From the human T2T-CHM13v2.0 reference genome, Homo sapiens, in NCBI RefSeq assembly GCF_009914755.1, contig NC_060926.1: a stretch of 64,000 nt of DNA; one strand, given 5' to 3'. Below the pieces are notes generated by a model. The model was not told the origin of the DNA. It did no database searches and worked only from the letters and a program-made list of their open reading frames with translations. This document shows, piece by piece, positions 1-15,907 of this stretch (positions are counted from its first letter, which is position 1; every line of letters begins with the position of its first letter). A program made the position numbers and the translations under genes.

Positions 1-764
1 ACCTTTTTGCAGTTTAAAAATTTTCTGCTTTTCAAAATAATACATGATCTTTGTCAAAGCTTCCAAAATTCAGGGAGTGCTAGAAAATCTTTAAAACATT
101 TTCTATAATCTTACCACTTAGATTTGGTTACTGCTAACATTTTTGCGTATTTTCTTTCCAGTCTTTTTCTGTGTATTTTTTCTTTGCATAATGAAATATA
201 TTGTATGCATATGTATACACACACACATCTCTTATTAAGCTTTTCTTGTCATTAAATATCTTCATATAAAAAATTTTTACTCAACAATGGAAGTCTTCTA
301 AGCATGTTATGTTTTCCTGACAAGGTTGTATTATTTACCTCAGATGAAATGCAGTAGTTAGGCTTAATAACTACTAGTGTGGACAGAACTTTTTCTGAAA
401 GTTTCTTGTTTGAAGTATGTTTCTTTCTCTGTAAGACTTGGATCCTCTTGCTTGTTGAATAAAGTTTTTCTTGGCAGGATGTGTGTTGTCATGAGGTGTG
501 GAAGAGGAAGAAAGCACACAGATCTCTGCTATAGGAGTGAATGGACTTTTAAAGGGATGTTGTCAAAAGATTACTGTCATGGCTGGTATACCATCCCCCA
601 CAGACGGCGATGCAGTGTCCCTTCCCACTCCCCACTTCGCTCCTGAAAAATAGTCTCTACACTAGGGCCATCCATATAGGTTAACTATTTTTTGAACATG
701 ACATCACGAAGACTCAGGCTGGATATAAGCATAGAATATTTCATGAAATGGTTTGCTACTATAA

Positions 765-1084
<320 letters not shown>

Positions 1085-1639
1085 ATATCTGTTTTTTTAT
1101 TTCAAGGCAGCTTACTTCCCTTCATTAGCATTTTCTACTTCAGGTTCTTGTACTAAGTCAGTTTTTTCCCATGTATTTTACATTCTAAGGTGTATTAATA
1201 AGATCTCTGTTTCTGTTTCATCACGTATGAAGTAAGATGCTGAGTAAGGCTGTATACGTTTCCTAAAGTTAATGTAGAAGAACTGCTAAGAAAGTCCAGT
1301 ATAAGTATGGGGTTTGGTAACTTGATTTTATTTGAATGTTTGTATATTGCAAATACGTATGCCACACAGGGTCTTTATTACCTTGGAATATTTACTAAAG
1401 TTTTCTGTTTTGATCAACTTTTGTGGGATTACAGATTTCTTTAGTTATTGCCATACTTTCCCAAGAGCCTTTTTTCCAGATTGATGACTAATCACTCACA
1501 GTTTAGCCATCTGCCATGAAAATACACAAATCCAACCTCCCCAACCCCCAAAAATAAAATTCAGTAGTAGGACGAATTTTGTTTCAGGTATTGTCTTTTG
1601 TTTACCTTTCTGGCATTGTTTCTATTCCAGCTCTATTTT

Positions 1640-1782
1640 ATTTTTTAATTTAAAAAATGTTTTAATTAAAAGAGATGGTGTCTCATTCTGTTGCCCAGGC
1701 TGGTCTTGAACTCCTGGGCTTATGCCATCCTCCTGCCCCAGCCTCCCAAAGCACTGGGATTATAGGCCTGACCACACTGGCC
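1640..1782 (-). mobile_element. FLAM/Alu monomer
   Basis: Left-arm-like monomer flanked by tccagc(t/c)ctatttta repeats. Confidence 0.8.
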
Positions 1783-1792
1783 TCCAGCCCTA

Positions 1793-2090
<298 letters not shown>

Positions 2091-3554
2091 TGTATATATA
2101 AAATAAAAATAATAAAAATAAAAATTCATTTTCCTCTTTTTCATTGCTTCTTTTAATTGGGCATTTGATTTTATGAACGTCTTTACATGTTACAGAAATG
2201 GGACTGTGGAAGGTGGATTAATTTGGATAACAGAAAAACTGGTAAACATTTTTTTTTACACACTTTGATAAAATTGTGGGGAAAAAATATCAAATCTGAA
2301 TCTCTGGGTTAAATTACTTGTGACTTGTTATTACTGAGGTGTAAAGATCTGGCATTATTATGAAGTCAGGTAATCTAAATTTGCATAGCAATTTAGTCAT
2401 CAGTATCTTTTGGCCATTGTAAGAAGACTTGTATTAGAGCCTTCTTTAATTACAGAAGGAATTGAGCTGTGTGAGAGTTCGTACGTTCTGTGCCCTTAGT
2501 GACTTTCCGACCGGATCCCAACCACTACTTTTTAAAAAATTCTCCTGCAAGGGTGTCTTGCAGTGAGAAAGAGAGACTGGACTCAACTCCCCTCATCTCT
2601 ACAGTCCGGAATATGGGGGCAGAGCAAAGTGAAGCAAATACTTCTGCCGTCACCATTTGTAGAGTAGACCAGTCTGTGAATAAAATGATCAGTGTTCTGC
2701 CTCTGTTTCTCAGGCCCTCCGAGGATTATGAGAAGAGTTACTACAGGCCTAGGTGGCAGATCATAGACTGGTGGTGATGAAATCAGGTTAACAGCTAGTT
2801 GCCATCTGCATTTTTGGGGGGTGTTGTGCCATTTCTGTCTCACTGAGCTTCCCAGTCCCACTGTGCTTTTAACTTTTAAAACAGAAGGGGTGAGGGGACA
2901 GCAGAATTGTGGTTTATAGCAGCTGTGATGTTAAGCCTGCAGAGGAAGGCAGGATGGCATGCAGAGAATTGCGGGAGGTCATTCGGGTGTGAAGTGGCTC
3001 CAAAGGAGGGAGGTAAATCCTGCCTTGGCCCTTCATGTTGACCATATCCAGTGCATACCTATTTGTATGATCTTTAATAGCTTTTGTCTTGGTACTCAGA
3101 ATATAGTGTTTAAGTTATAGATTGTGTTTGCTTGTTTATGTGTGTATTCATATGCATGTTTCAAAGATGGGGAAAATCTAGCCATTATTTAGTGGCAGTT
3201 TGTTTTTATATGGTAATTATTCTTTGGGAGCATTATCCAGCAAAAATTGTTGAGGACCACGGAAGTATGATACTGTTAAAAGATCACACACTTTATTTGG
3301 TAATACATTTGAGAAACAAAACATACATTGTGTATCTTGATCTTAATTAAGTTCCTACTTTGTGATCTTGTCTCATGAACTGTAACTTGCTCTTTACAGT
3401 GTACTGACTATTAACATGCTAGTCACTGTTGTCTCCCTCCACAGTAGATTATATATCAGCTGTATTGAGGCACTAGGAAGAAATACTTGGACAGGTTTCT
3501 GTTTACATGTCTGTAGTTAAGGCCCGCTTTTAGGTTTATAGAATTTGGAGAGGT

Positions 3555-3765
3555 AGTGTTAGCCAGTGGTTAAAAGCGCAGGTGCAGCCAGACTGCCTAG
3601 ATTTTGAACCCTCATTCCTCTGCTGTGGGCTCTATAACCTTAAGTTCCTTCTGTCTAGCTTGAATTCCTTGGATGGTAATAGTAGACCATATCTGAGAGG
3701 GTTGTAGGACGATTAAATGAGTTGCTACATCTGATGTGCTGCCGTGTATCAGATGCCTAGACATA
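3555..3765 (+). mobile_element. MIR fragment
   Basis: tagtgttagccagtggttaaaagc...gccagactgcctagattttgaaccc...gttgtaggacgattaaatgag, MIR-like core. Confidence 0.6.
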
Positions 3766-5368
3766 AGTTTTGTGATGCTCATGATAGGCTTTTCCAGGGG
3801 GGAGAAACTTTAGAACTTCAGAAACAACCTAGGCAGAATGGTTCTTTCTGCAGGTGGGAACACTGAGGCCCACCGTAACTAGAGCAGAGTTTGGTTCACT
3901 TTGAGCAGTAACAGGTGTAGCTTTCTGCAAAGTGAAGTCTCTTTTCTAGGGTTTTATGGCTTATTAGCCACAGGACTGAATCTGGAGCCTGGTTTTCTTC
4001 ATTCTTTGTCCAGTTTACTTGAATTAAGTATCATACTTTATGCAGTAATGTCTTCTTTTGGACCTTTTCACTAACATTTACAAAGGTTGTATTCAAAATA
4101 TATTAAATGTTCTTTGTCATATAATTCTTTTTTAAGGTTTAATATACTAATATTCATAATATTTGTGATGTAGCTGGCAAGTGATTTGGGAGGCGTGTAT
4201 GAAGTTAGAAGTCGAAATAGACAAAGAATCAAGGAAAATTAACAAAAATTAGTTAGCTTGGGGGAACAAATTACCGTTTAGGTCCACTAAATGTTGGGCA
4301 AACCTCTTAGGTAGTATTGTCCCCAACATCATTGATGGGAAACCAAAGTGGAGGGTTTGTCCAGGATAACACAAACATTGCACAGTTGAGCCAGAATTTG
4401 AACTCAGGTCTGCCTCACTTCAAAATATGTGCTCCCTGAAATAGGGTATGACTCCCTCATGAAATAATTTTATTTTCCTTGCTGAGCAGTTTTGAATTAG
4501 TATTTTAGAATGGAGGTTTATAAATAGATCCGAATTTGGATTTTAATAGGTTTCCAAGCAGTAACCACATTACAATCTAAAAGAGATGGTTTATTATAAA
4601 TGCTTTCGTTGTATAGTCATAATTTGATTAGTGGCTTATAGTTTAGTTAGGCCAGTAGATAGTATTTAATTTCTACATTATTCTTGTAGAGAAGATGGGA
4701 GGCCTGTGTTACAGTGGGAAACACAGAAGCCTGGGAATCGAAAGATCTGGGCTGGGTCCTGACTCCATGGCTAATTATGTTGTCACTCTGTACAAGTAAC
4801 TCCATCTCTCTGGGCTTCAGTCATCCCATTATTATACCAAGGGCCCCAGATTGAAAACCCCTTAAATTCTCTTACCCTTATTTTCAGTGATTTGTATGTA
4901 GGCTTCTGACTTGCCTTTTTCTCCTGCACTGGTTCCCTCCCCTTTTGCTGGTGGTCTTGCAGTCTGAGTACTTTATGGCATGTGACTGTGCTTTAACCTT
5001 TTTTCTCCCAGTTGGTCAGATGGTAGTGTTATTTCACAGTACTGAAGTTCTCTGCTTAGGGTAATGAGAATAACATAAAAATGTGTATTTTCAAATGTTC
5101 TACCTTTGTGCTTATGAATAAATAGTTAAGAACTAAATGTTTTATGGTTGTAAAGTACAAGCTTAGTAAGTCAGTCTATTTATTAACAAGTCCTCAAGCC
5201 TCACATCAGTTTCGTTGTCACAATTGTGTTGTAAAGTTGGGCGAGTTGTGTGTTTTAGGGGAAGGAAAAACATTAACAAAAGGCAATGAGAGTGGGAAAG
5301 AAAGAACCAAAAATGTAGAATTAAATTTGGGAATGTAAAGAACATGCTTTGGCTGTGGTTGGTATTAA

Positions 5369-5815
<447 letters not shown>

Positions 5816-6235
5816 TTAATGCCCCTTATGCTAGGTACTAAAGGCCAGGCCTCAAGGAGCTCAGTAAACAAGTTTTTTCCTGCTTTGATGGCATATCATC
5901 AGCCAGCCAGTTCATTTACTTTTAGATTCTATAGCAGGGAGACAGAAACTCAGGCCGTTAACATGACCCATGTAGATACTCTTTTGGCTCCCATCTCTCT
6001 AGTTACAGTATGGTTTCATCGCTGTTCAGCATTGGTGAGTTATAAGTTTTTCCTATGTATGTAAGTTTCGTGTCTCTAGATTGTAATTTATTTGGATAGA
6101 GGATTTTTGTTTCTTACCTTTTAAAATTTATCTTCCCTCCCCTCTTCCCCACCTCATGTTTTCAGAGTATAATAATACGTTCTTTCTATAAATATTAAAT
6201 GATACAGCTGTGTGGTAGTATAAGAAAACTTTTGC

Positions 6236-6599
<364 letters not shown>

Positions 6600-7404
6600 T
6601 CAGCTATATTTGTGCTTATTTGAAAGTGATTTACATACCATGATAATTGAAGGTTATGAGGATCCCCTTTTCGCAGATAAGTTCCACGTAAAGCCGTGTT
6701 TCCCAAATTGTGTTTTGTAGACTGCCAGTCTTAGAGAGATTAGTTGTTTGTAGGAGAGGTTCCAGGGTGAGATTTCAACTTGGGAAAACACTGGGTTAAA
6801 CATAGTTAAACAGAGTTTTATTTTTGATGGTGATTGTGTTACTGTTTTTCTGCAGAGCTTGTCAGAGTTTTTAGTAGTGTGTATTGGCAAATTGAGAAAT
6901 ACTGCACATTATATTTCCTTCCTTCAAGTTTATTTGGTCAAAAGAACACACCCTCCCCCCCAGGAAATACCCACAAACATCTTGAAGAAAGGTTCTACTG
7001 GAACACAGGTTAGGAAACCCTCTTATTTGCATACTTACTAGTATGGCATTCAAAGCATTTACTTACTAATTCGGATGATAATTTTTTGTCAGTTGGAATT
7101 CAACTAAGATTGTAGTGGCTTTCACCAAGCCTTTTTTTTTTTTTTTAATTTCAGCCTGCAGTGAGAAATTATATTTTTGACCAGTGACCCAACACATACA
7201 CACACTCTCAAAACTGAAAAAGAAATTTCATGAAACAGTACTTAGGTCTTACTACATAGAATGCATTCTAATACTTTCTATTTTATTTCTTAATGCTTTT
7301 TATGAACTACTAAAATCAGCATGCAATTTGAGAGACACTACAAGGTTACATGAATTTATAAACTTAGTTAGAGTGAGAATATACCATACAAACTTTCATT
7401 TTTC

Positions 7405-7790
<386 letters not shown>

Positions 7791-8659
7791 TTTAGCTTTT
7801 ATGATGGCTGAAGTCTCAAATTCTTTCTGCTGTACTATACGTACTTTGAAAAATATTTTAAGACTTTAGAAGTGTTTAAGCAACCTCCAAGTAAAGCTAG
7901 ACTCTTGATCTCTAGTTGGATGTATCATTTGTTGTGATCTCAGCCCTCTGAAATAGTAAGTTTTAAAAATAGCGAAAAGGAGCCACTTAAAGTTGTTTTG
8001 TCTCAGTTGCAAATTGACTCTCGGTTGCCGAGCTTTATGCTATATTATTATATAGTTTTAAAACTATTCCTTTTTAACTTTCTTAATTTTCAATTTTGTT
8101 AAAAGAATGAATACTTTAGCAGCTTTTCAAGCCTTTTTTAAAAATCTTTATAAGCATGTAATTAAATACAAATATGTTCATACCTGTAACCTATTAATTT
8201 AGCTTTCTTGTAGTTTTAATTCATTAAAATAAAAAAATAAAAGTTACTGTTTCCTGTTTTATCCACGTTTCTGCAGGTTTGGTGAGTTTGCCCATCCTCA
8301 ATATTTTATATTGCCATTGGGGGTTTAATTTTGTGTCCTGACCTAAGAAAAGGGACATTTACAGGGGATTTACGATAGTGGGAGCCTGATTTCCCATTAT
8401 CTTTTTTTTTTTCTTTCTGGTTTAAACACTTCATTTTAATTTCTCTGCTGTGGGCTTCCTGAACCCACCCCACTTAAATGTTAAGGTTGAACCTCCCCCA
8501 AACACAGGAAGACAAGCAAGTCTCTGATTCAACATTCTTGCCACATCAGAGAAATCTTGCTGCCCCTTCTGCAGTAGGTGTGTCTTCATCTCTACGTTCC
8601 TGGAGTGTGTTGCCTTTGAGCTGATCCTCCAGTTGTCTCACCTCCCAGACCCTTTTGCT

Positions 8660-8900
8660 CCTTTTAGTGCCCCACACTGTCCTTGAAGGACCATGCTGTC
8701 ACCATGGCACCCAGAACCCCCTGCCTACTGGTTGGGCTTTGGTTGGGTTTAGCCAATGGAAGCCCTGGGCAGAAGATTAGAGAGGGTAGGAGGAGAAAGA
8801 ACTCAGCGTATGTCTTGCCCTGCCCTCTCCATGCCCTGGTGCATTGTTTGGCCAAGGGTTCCCATTATCTCAAACATAGCTGGCTACTTCATATATTAAT
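8660..8900. mobile_element. Old ERVL-type LTR fragment (LTR33/LTR16-like)
   Basis: gggtttagccaatggaagccctgggcagaagattagagaggg motif resembles this family; recognised from memory only. Confidence 0.4.
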
Positions 8901-8932
8901 GTCACTACTGAGGCAATTTGAGGTGTTTCTCA

Positions 8933-9452
<520 letters not shown>

Positions 9453-9485
9453 TTAGCTGCTGATACATTGTTTAAGACCTCTATG

Positions 9486-9812
<327 letters not shown>

Positions 9813-9838
9813 CTATGAGTAGTTTACCTCGTTTAATC

Positions 9839-10567
9839 TTTTTTTTTTTTTTTTTTGAAAGCCACTGACTTTATTGATCTAAAAAACTTTACAAGGACAG
9901 TGACTGTTGTGCCAAAAAAGGAGCCAAATGGTATCAAACGGATTGAAAGTGAGGGTGGGGGTGAGGGATGGGGCCGGGAATCCATTCAGGAAAGCTGGTA
10001 ACTGTCACCAGGGAACTGGCAAGGGAAAAAGGACGGGGGAGGCATGCAAGAGCGAGAATCCAAAAAAAAGTTGAAATGGTTAGGGGAGAAAACTCCCAAA
10101 AGACCCCGGAGTACGTCGGAGGTGAGTACAACAATAGCAATCTTTTCCTTCGTAGAGGACAGGGGAGGAGTCCCTACTCGGCTGCAAACTCTGGTTGAGG
10201 GCTGGGGATTGAGAGCTTCCCAGAGAGCATCACAAGAAGGCGTCGCACCACTCTCGAAGGCAGTCCCGGGACTGCTTGGCGCTGGCGCCACAAGTGTCTT
10301 TCAGCCATTCCCGGTAGAGGTCTTCATCTTTCTTTAGCACCAGAAACTGGCCAAGGACAACGTAGGCCTTGTCAAAGCCCCTTTCCTCCAGCTTCTTGCC
10401 CAGGACTTCACCAATCCCAGCCAGGCTCCCCACTGGCTTCTCCCCCATGGGCTCTGCCACGAAGTCTCGGTGCTTTTGGGAGGTTGTCATCTTGATCAGG
10501 CTTAATCCGCAACTTCAGTTCCCGTAACGGTTCCTCCCGCCACCCGGCCACTCCTGCGGATACCTCC
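9839..10567 (-). pseudogene. BANF1P3: Processed BANF1 (barrier-to-autointegration factor) retrocopy with 5'UTR, intact 86-aa ORF (10230-10490), 3'UTR and poly(A)
   Basis: ORF is near-identical to BAF ([20 protein letters not shown]...WCDAFL) and intronless. AATAAA (plus-strand tttatt 9870-9875), poly(A) (T-run 9839-9856), TSD cgtttaatcttt at 9830-9841 and 10568-10579, TT/AAAA L1 endonuclease site. The P3 number is from memory and less certain than the BANF1 identity. Confidence 0.95.
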
Positions 10568-11257
10568 CGTTTAATCTTTTAACAGCCCTTTTTAATATCA
10601 AATTTTGTCCTCATATTTTTAGGTAAGTAATGGGGAAAACCAAGCAAATTGTGTAATTGGCCCGAAGTTATACATGTAGAAAGGGGTCCTAGATTTGAAA
10701 CCCAGGTCACAGAGCTTGAACTTGCAACCTACCATGCTGCCTCTACCACATGATACTGGAATGTAGAATCATCCTGGAACATAGGACATTTCTGATACAG
10801 AAACAGATGAGGTCAAGTCTCCTGGTCAGGATGTTTGATGTCTCAGGACACAAAGAACTTTCATTTCTCTTTACTGAGTTGCTGTCAGTGATCTTTGAGG
10901 AGCTGTGATGAAATGGAGCCATGCAAGAAAATTAGGAAAGTTAAAAGTACAGTTTTTCCATAAAAGGAAAAGATGGAATCTACAAATCATCAGACTGCAC
11001 TTGATGTTGATTGCCAGAATACCTAGCTAAGTGTTGATTTCTAGAAGCTACATCCATTTATTTATTAACTATTTCCTTTTTTAGTAGGATTCTATTAAAT
11101 GTCTGAGATAAGGATGGGGCAGGATAGGATTGCTGAAAGAATGCATAGTTCTTCCATATTTGAGATTATCTGAAAATATTAAATTGCACAATTTAAATTG
11201 GAATATTTTCTAGGACTTGAAAGTCATTTTGATGTTTTTGCTTTTTAATTTAATTAA

Positions 11258-11558
<301 letters not shown>

Positions 11559-12448
11559 TCATTTTGATGTTTTTATAGGATCCTTTTACTTGTGTTCATT
11601 ATAGTTATCTAATATGCTTTGGCACATAAGTCACATATGGCACATTAGTCACAGGTACAGTGGCCTGCATCCCTGTGCCTTAACCTTCCCATGTAGGCAG
11701 GAAGGAACTAGGAACTGTTAGCATCTTCCTGTATGTAAACAGCAAAGTGTAAATACCTTCTGTTTTTATATTGTTAAAATCATCCATTTCTGTTCTTTAA
11801 GATTGTTGCTAACCTGTTCATTTACTCAAAGGCTAGTCTTGGTCTTGTTCACATAGTGATTGGAAACTGAGTTGATGGAAAGAGGGCAACCCTTCCCTAC
11901 AGAAGCTGAAAGGGAGGGGCGGGGAATGTTTTTTCTTTTTTAATCTTATGGAAGCTCCCGGACTTTTTAAATATAGTGAAAGGAAGACAGGAATCAGGGT
12001 GCTTAGCATACGAGATTGTATGCTGATGCCCTTTGGTGTTTGAAAAGGTCAAAAGACTGTCTTTTATGGAGGCTTTTGTTATCATTGAGAAGAGGAAGGA
12101 ATAATAAGAAATACGGAGAGGGAAGAGGAACAAGACATAGGAGTATATCCAGAAGAAAGTGACCAAGTAACTGTAGACACTGGGTCTAAATTTGTGTGTC
12201 ATGCACAACTTTGGAAGAGCTAATCATGAAGGTGGAACTGATTGCTTTTCAGAATTGTCTTAAGAAGTAGAACACTTGAATAGATTGTTAACCATATTTA
12301 ATAATATATGTAAATATTTAAATATATATAAATTGGAAGCGGGTACCCTTATGGAAGCTAAAAGGGAGGGGCGGGGGATATTTTAAATGTGTGTAAATAT
12401 TTAAATAAGTATGTATTTAAGAAGTAGAGCACTTGAATAGATTGTTAA

Positions 12449-12450
<2 letters not shown>

Positions 12451-12482
<32 letters not shown>
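12451..12482. repeat. (GT)n microsatellite
   Basis: Directly visible, about 16 units. Confidence 0.95.
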
Positions 12483-12483
<1 letters not shown>

Positions 12484-12484
<1 letters not shown>

Positions 12485-12797
12485 TTTTTTTTCTTTTTCT
12501 TTTTTTTTTTTTTTTGAGACAGGGTCTTGCTCTATCACCCACGCTGGAGTGCGGTGGCGCAGTCTTGGCTCACTGTAGCCTCAACCTTCTGGGCTTGAGT
12601 GATCCTCCCTCCTCAGCTTCCTGAGTGGCTGGGACTACAGGTGTGCACCACCATACCCAGCTAATTTTTTTGTATTTTTTGTAGAGATGGGGTTTTGCTA
12701 TGTTGCCTAGGCTGGTCCAGAACTGGGCTCCAGTGATCCATTTGCCTTGGCCTCCCTAAAGTGTTGCGATTACAGGTGTAAGCCTCTGTGCCTGGCC
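12484..12797 (-). mobile_element. Alu (AluJ-like)
   Basis: Dimer consensus. Confidence 0.88.
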
Positions 12798-13040
12798 TTA
12801 ACTCATGGAATATATTAAATATATATTAAAGGCCATGCCCTCGCAACCAGCTAGGGGAAGGAATGCTCCAGACCCAGTTAGCATAGAAATTATATACTCT
12901 TATATAAATGATATACCTAACATAAATACCCATATATAAATTATATGTTCTCTTTAAAAGTTTCAAAAAACATAAACTAGATTTATTCTAGATCCTAGAA
13001 TACCAAAAGATACCAAATTCATGTTACAAAACTAGCCCAG

Positions 13041-13355
<315 letters not shown>

Positions 13356-13452
13356 CTAGCCTAAACTCTTAAAAACCTAATAAAATACAAAATATAAGAA
13401 CAGCAACCTGGTAAGACATTACAAAGGATGAAAACTATATTCCAAATTTATC

Positions 13453-13999
13453 TTTTTTTTTTTTCCTGCTCACTGCAACTCTTCCACCCAAGTTCAAGTG
13501 ATTCTCCAGCCTCAGCCTCCCAAGTAGCTGGGATTACAGGGGTGAGCCACCATGCCCAGCTAATTTTTGTAGAAATCGTGTTTTGCCATGTTGTCCAGGC
13601 TGGTCTTGAACGCCTGAGCTCAGAGCAATCCACCTGCCTCAGCTTCCCAAAGTGCTGGGATTATAGGCATGAGCCGTCGCACCCTGCCCCAATTTATCTT
13701 TTATATGTTTTTTTGAGACAGGGTCTTGCTTTATCACCCATTCTGGAGTGCAGTGGCGCAATCATAGTTTACTGTAGCCCCGAACCCCTAGGCTTAAGCA
13801 ATCCTCCTGCCTTGGCCTCCTGAGTAGCTAGGGCTACAGGCATGTGCCACCACACCCAGCTATAATTTTTTAAATTTTTTGTGGAGACGGGATCTCATTT
13901 TGTTTCCTAGATTGGTCTCGAACTCCTGGGCTCAAGCAGTCCTCCTGCCTTGTCCTCCCAAAATGCTGGAATTACAGGCATGAAGCATTGCACCCGGCC
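13453..13999 (-). mobile_element. Two tandem Alus (deleted copy 13453-13688; full copy 13708-13999)
   Basis: Alu consensus segments; ccaa(a)tttatcttt flanks the first copy. Confidence 0.85.
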
Positions 14000-14555
14000 C
14001 CAGATGCACATACAGAAGCCAAGAACATTCTAAGTAAAACACCAGCAAAACTAATTAAATATGAAATTGTCAAAGAAGACAAAACCTGGTATTTACTGTG
14101 TGCCAAGTAAGTGTTTTAAGCACTTACATTATCTCAATTAATCCCCTCAGCCTGAAGAAAGAGATTATGCTTATTTTACACATTATGAAATATAGGCCAA
14201 AAGGTTAAATAGTCTGCCCAAAGATTAGTTGCAAATTAGCCACAGAGCCTGGTTTTGAACCCTTGGGCGGTTTGCACCAGCTAGTATTTAACCTCTGGCT
14301 ATATCATCCCAATATGTGCCAAGATAGCAGTGTTAAACAGTTCTTCTTGTTTTATGAACACTTGAAATCAGAAAACAAAACAAAGATGCCCAGTAACACT
14401 GATGTTTGATAATGTCTTGGCCAGTGCAAGAATACATCAAATAAAAGACTTAACTATTGGAAACTGGTGGAATATAGCAGTATTTGCAGACAGTCACAAT
14501 TTTAAACCTGGGAAAACCAAGAGAATCAAATCAAGAGTTAAAAATAAGAGTTTAG

Positions 14556-14845
14556 TGCCCGGCGTGGTGGCTCACGCCTGGAATCCCCAGCACTTTGGGA
14601 GGCTGAGGTGGGTGGATCACCTGAGGTCAGGAGTTCAAACCAGCCTGGCCAACATGGTGAAACCCCATCCCTACTAAAAATACAAAAAAATCAGCTGGGC
14701 GTGGTGGCATGTGCCTGTAATCCCAGCTACTCAGGAGGCTGAGGCAGGAGAACAGCTTGAACCCGGGAGGTGGAGGTTGCAGTTAGCCAAGATCTCCAGC
14801 TTGGACAACAAGAATGAAACTGTCTTAAGGAAAAAAAAAAAAAAA
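14556..14845 (+). mobile_element. Alu (AluS-like)
   Basis: Dimer; flanking repeat agtttagt. Confidence 0.9.
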
Positions 14846-15209
14846 GTTTAGTAAGATGGTTTTATACCACATAAAGATATTTAATAATTGGTAGCACTTG
14901 GCTATGAAAAATCTTGAGCGAAAACCTCATTCATTATAGCAATAAAAAATGAAATGCCCAGGGTGAGGAAATCTATAAATATTTGAGATTTTTACAAAGA
15001 AAACTATAAATTTAAGTGAAAAAAGACTTAAGAACAAATGAGAAAATTTTTCCAGGTTGAATCAGTGTAGTATTGGCCAGAGAATACTGTCAGATATTTT
15101 AAAAAGTTGACTTATGGAACACAGTAAAAGATACATATGAGCCTGCTACATAAGCAACATCACACATTAGTGGAGAAAAAGGATTATTTAGAAAAAAATT
15201 TTTTCTTAT

Positions 15210-15403
15210 AATTTTAGACAGAATCTTGCCCTGTCACCCAGGCTAGAGTTCAGCGGCACGATCATGGTTCACTTCAGCCTCGACCTCCTAGGCTCAAGTG
15301 ATCTTTCACCTCAGCCTCTCGAGTAGCTGGGACTGCAGGTGCACACCACCACACCGAGTTAATTTTTGTAGTTTTTGCAGGGTTTCACCATGTTGCCCAG
15401 GCT
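15210..15403 (-). mobile_element. Partial Alu (right arm plus linker)
   Basis: Alu consensus, truncated. Confidence 0.8.
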
Positions 15404-15527
15404 AGAGCAAAATATTTTTAAATGATTGGTTATTCTTTGGGAAAATGAATTGTGATAATTAAGCTACCCTTTATATGAAAATATATCTGTTGGGAGAATG
15501 ACTAAAAACTATACATTAGAAGAAAAC

Positions 15528-15907
<380 letters not shown>

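Noticed and set aside
2490-2861. Overlapping 95-aa and 92-aa ORFs in non-repeat sequence
   Set aside because: No recognisable homology or splice structure, and lengths are compatible with chance.
9968-10337. Plus-strand ORFs overlapping the BANF1 copy
   Set aside because: Antisense shadows of the retrocopy CDS and 3'UTR; no recognisable product.
10100-10570. CpG-rich patch as an alternative promoter
   Set aside because: Explained by CpGs inherited from the young BANF1 mRNA copy; no independent promoter evidence.
12260-12450. Repeat-spacer-repeat resembling a CRISPR unit
   Set aside because: Only two copies, a 123-nt spacer, eukaryotic context and no cas genes.
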